From: Magallana gigas
Taxonomy: Eukaryota
NCBI RefSeq assembly: GCF_963853765.1
Contig: NC_088858.1
Span: 10,726,001 to 10,790,000 of the forward strand
Length of the DNA stretch: 64,000 bases
Reading direction: 5' to 3'
A model generated the notes under the pieces. That model was not told where the DNA came from. It searched no databases and saw only the letters and a list, made by a program, of their open reading frames with translations. Of this stretch, positions 60,033 through 64,000 are shown piece after piece. Position 1 is the stretch's first letter. Each line of letters starts with the position of its first letter. Made by a program: the position numbers and the translations under genes.

Positions 60033-63000
60033 ATGAGTATGGAAAACTGTGAAGATCCAATTGAGGCCAAAGAGTCAGCAGATCAAATTTTGGGGGATGT
60101 AAATGAATCGCAGGTTGTTGATGGAAAGGTCATGCAGCAATTCAAACAGTGCCTTGACATCAGCTTGTCCAATTTTTATTCCTCTATCAGGTACAAGTTG
60201 AACTTTACTTTGCACAAAATCCTGGTATCTGAATTAATGCATTTAGTGTTCTTAAATGAAATTAGGCTAATTCTTTCATAGGTATGGAAAAACATAATAT
60301 GCACTCTTATACTTAAATTATATAAACAGTCAAACTGTTCATATTATATATCATGTATTATTGTATATGACCAGAAATTAGTCCTGACTTTTAGCTTTTT
60401 CTATTTGTAACCAATAACATTGGTAACATTGGTTACAATGCTTGATTGTAAATTATATACAAACTTATCACAGGTTGCCGCGCAGTGGTTACTGGTAACA
60501 TTGGTTACAAAGTTTAGGTTTGTGTTTAGGGTTAGAGTGAGGGTAAGGTTAGGGTCTGATTAGCCATTTAGGGTTAGTTTAGGTTAGGGATACGGTGAGC
60601 GTTAGGTTAGGGCCTGAGTAGGGTTAGGATAAGGGTTTAGGGCTAGAGTAACAATTGTAAACAATGTTACCAATGTAACCAAATAAAATAAGCCCCCCCC
60701 CCTCCCCCCAGTAAAAATGAAAGACTGTCACCTCTATTACCCTATGTCACTAAGAGCATATAGTTGTAATTATTGTAACCAAATAAACTAAGACAAAGAC
60801 TGCTAAAGAGGTCTGTTTAGTTACCCTTTGTTATCAGGAAAATATAGCTGTAACCATTGTTACTGGATGAATATAAACCATCTAACAGAAAGAAAATACA
60901 ATGTAAACAGTTATGTCATATATGTTGTCATGGTTACTTCTGTCACCAGAAAACAGTGCCTTGTAACTGGTTACAAATGAAATGGGGTAAAAGGAATTTC
61001 TGGCCATATCTCAAACTGTGAAATATGCATTTATTTCATTTTTTGGGAAATTATCCTGTTTGAATTATTTTTCCATAAATGTACCTAACTTTATCTGGAG
61101 CACAGTCATACATGTACAAATGTAATAAAAAATAATAGTGAAGGCCTCTTGTGGCTGCTTTAAACTAAAACAATGTTTTAATCAAACACATTCTAATATA
61201 ATCCCACTCTGATTACCAGTCCTCTTTTTTTCCTTCAGATTTTCATTGTTCAAGGAACATTTGCATCCTCTGAGAAAGCGACACCCACAAGATTTGAAAA
61301 AGATGCATGCACAATTCCTGGCACAGCTAAATGCTAACATTGCAGTAAGCTGATTTGATTTAACTATTAAAGACAGTGACTACATGCTGTATAAGATATA
61401 TCAACATTAAATACTCTTTGTATCTTCTTAGTTAATGTCGGCTGGAAGTAAAAGAAAAACAATAACATTTGCAGCAATATACTGTAAACGTATTATATTT
61501 TGCGTGTATGATATTTGGTGGATATTATTTTTGAACAAGTTGGCGTGGATTTCAATTGGCGTATTCCTGAATGTGACTATTCTAATACATATATGTATGA
61601 CATTTGGAGATGTACTTGATTTAGCGGTTGCCTCATTCCGCCAAAAGCGCTAAAAAGAAAACACAGCCGAATGTAGTATACGTTTACAGTATCTGATATG
61701 TATATGTAAATCTACATAACTTATTTTGAGTAAACAGACATGTATATTTAGGAGGAAATAGATTGGATGCTGAAAGAAGAGAACATTGGAAAGTTACTGA
61801 ATGGCTTGAATGATTTGATTGATGAAAACCCGCACAAAGGGAAGAAAGTTTGGTAATGTTTATTTGATTTTTTTTGTGTGTTTATGTACATGTACTAACT
61901 TTACATACAGTTATTAAAGGTTGTTCCTTTGTAAATCTTTAACATCTTTAATTTTCCCCAAATTTTATAAATAGAAAACACAGCTTTCTTAAAATGTTTT
62001 TTAATGATTATCAAAGAATTATGGTAATGAAATTTAACTTTAGGTTGATTAGATTAACCAATATTTTTACTCTTGTTCATCCTCATATAGCAGGTGACTT
62101 TGAAGCCTCTTCAACTGTTTAGTTTATTTTAAACAGATGGATATTTGAAGGGTTTTATTCTACTATTTTTCTTTCCTAGGAGACCCTCTGGCAATGCCAA
62201 ACAGGATCTATTGGCTCACACAGCCCCTTACAAACTGAAAGAGAAAGAACGTTTGCAAGGAATCCTATCTGATCTCCAATCTCAGAACAAACTTCTTAAA
62301 GACGCTGCTCGAGCGAGACAGTCCAAACTTGAACATACACAGCAGAAAATTGAACAGAAGGCACAGCAATGGAAAGAGGTTTGTCTTACTATGTGAAATA
62401 AGCTTCAATGTTTATTTTTATTTATTTCAAATTATTTGTGGTCACTTGATGTGTGTTGAGTCCTTAGACAAGACACTATATCATTAACTACATTGTCTCA
62501 GTCCACCCAGCTGGAATGGGTACCAGTTTATGCTGGGAGTTAACCTGCATTGGACTGGTGTTCCATCTGGGGAGGGTCAATGACTCATCTGCTTAGCACC
62601 ACAGAAACTTGGTTAAGCTCCAGCCCTATACTCCTCATGGCATGGAGATGGATTTAATTAATGTTTTTCTGTATCTACATTGTATGGTGTCTGTTAAATG
62701 TTTGACAGTCTCTTTTCCAAAAGATTTTCAAATCAAATGCCACATCTCATTCTAAGTTTAAAATAGAAAACAAACAGTTAAGAAAAAATACTGCATTATT
62801 TATACAGTCCCTAGGATAATGTCACAAATCTTTAAACTTGATAAGGATTTTATTGAATCAATTTAAAACTGCTAATATCTTATGTTGACAGTTGAAATAC
62901 CCGCAGTATGTACTGAAATTTAACATTGTGGTAAATAATATTCAATACAAGTGTAACAGTCTAAATCCATGCAGTTCTATGACAAAGCTTTTAAGACAGT

Positions 63001-63322
63001 GTACACAATCCCATCATAAGGCTATTAAAATGTCTAATATGATCTTGAACCCCAGGGCCTTTCTTCATTTCATTGTCAATATTTTTTAAATATCATTTTT
63101 AATGTCATTATTTTATTAGCACAAGCATTGGTTTTACAGTTTATTTACTAGCTAATAATTTTCTTGTTTTTATTTCTATAGAAAAAAATTATTCCCAGCT
63201 TTTAAATTAAAAAATATTACAATAATGTATAGTACAAAGAACTGATAGTTTTGTTTTCATTTTGTTTTATTAATAACCTCCTGCAGGCAGCATGCTTAAT
63301 TTTAATGCATATATCAAATTAG
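60033..63322 (+). CDS. PMF1: Polyamine-modulated factor 1 / Nnf1 (MIS12 kinetochore complex subunit)
   Basis: Exons 60033-60190, 61239-61344, 61752-61852 and 62180-62378 join in frame and give EEIDWMLKEENIGKLLNGLNDLI..KVWRPSGNAKQDL..APYKLKEKERLQGILSDLQSQNKLL (WRPSG is the Nnf1 hallmark). The last exon (63287-63322, or the acceptor 4 nt further on) is uncertain. Confidence 0.8.
60487..60680. repeat. Degenerate TTAGGG-like tract bracketed by inverted repeats
   Basis: Many TTAGGG/TTAGG/GTAGGG variants at 60515-60650, between GGTTACTGGTAACATTGGTTACA and TGTAAACAATGTTACCAATGTAACC. Confidence 0.75.
61482..61689. mobile_element. Tc1/mariner-type MITE in a PMF1 intron
   Basis: TA|CTGTAAACGTAT..ATACGTTTACAG|TA. 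Confidence 0.75.
62438..62650 (+). mobile_element. Ancient SINE remnant, second copy
   Basis: Shares TGTGGTCACTTGATG..CCTTAGAC.AG..ACT..CTCAGTCCACCCAGCTG..GGTACC..GGGAGTTAAC..GCTTAGCACC.CAGAAAC with 11630-11835. Confidence 0.55.
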
Positions 63323-64000
63323 AAAATGTTTAACGGACTTTTAAATCATAATGCCTTAATAAATGTATAATCTTAATTGAGACCTGTAAAAGAAATAAAG
63401 TGAGAGAATTGTTATAAAACCTACTGTCATGATGAATTTGGAGTGTTTCACAAGGATTTAAGTGGAGCCAAAAAAAAATATGAAGCGATTGTCCATTTTG
63501 GTAGAGTCATCAGCACATCAGTCATCAACACATGGTTGCTGTGACAAGTTTTATGAGATGATAACCATATGTGCTTATGATTATGGCAACATTATGTCTT
63601 CACATTGCTGCACAGTGGTTGACTTATGACACATAAAATCTTTTCCAATAGCCTTGTATAAGATGTATATAGTATCGTGGGTGGCTGATTTTATAATGAA
63701 CTTAATTACAGATTGATCAGATCGTGGACAGCTTTGATATGGAAGCGACCAAGAAGTTTCTCCTGAAATATTCCAGTCATTCCAGTATAAGATGATTTCT
63801 GCCAGCAAATTATCTACAACAAAAACCTTTAGTGTGTATTAGTGCGAGACTTAAATAATGGACACAGAACTGTTTATATTGACTGTCAGAAAATATTGGA
63901 CTGTTGCTGTTCACTCAGTGGAAGAGTTCTGCTCTTACATGTATGTCCCAAATGTGCATTATATCCATTATTTTCCTCTGTAAGTGAGGTTCCTTATGTC

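Overview
AT-rich, intron-rich eukaryotic DNA, very probably from an oyster (Crassostrea/Magallana). The assignment rests on a ~166-bp Cg170/HindIII-type satellite inside a Helentron-like element plus typical oyster MITEs. I reconstructed nine spliced or single-exon protein-coding genes by eye: TANGO1/MIA3 (5' part, -), ARPIN (+), ATP6V1D (-), an uncharacterized ~410-aa PH-like protein (+), DNAAF2/kintoun (-), ALDH6A1 (+), APLF (-), an FKRP-like gene (-) and PMF1/Nnf1 (+). Six of these lie in three tight head-to-head pairs. Introns and intergenic DNA hold many non-autonomous DNA transposons, SINE remnants, hairpin elements and tandem repeats. The most notable observations are: the FKRP-like protein lacks two catalytic aspartates (S362 and Q416 where human has D362 and D416); a PIF/Harbinger element appears to carry a captured C1q-domain fragment; APLF's second PBZ finger has lost both cysteines; there is a perfect 119-bp nested palindrome with Ginger-like ends; and unrelated long-hairpin elements share a GCGAAGC cap plus a CCAATCAG box. 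All homology calls come from recalled sequences, not database searches.
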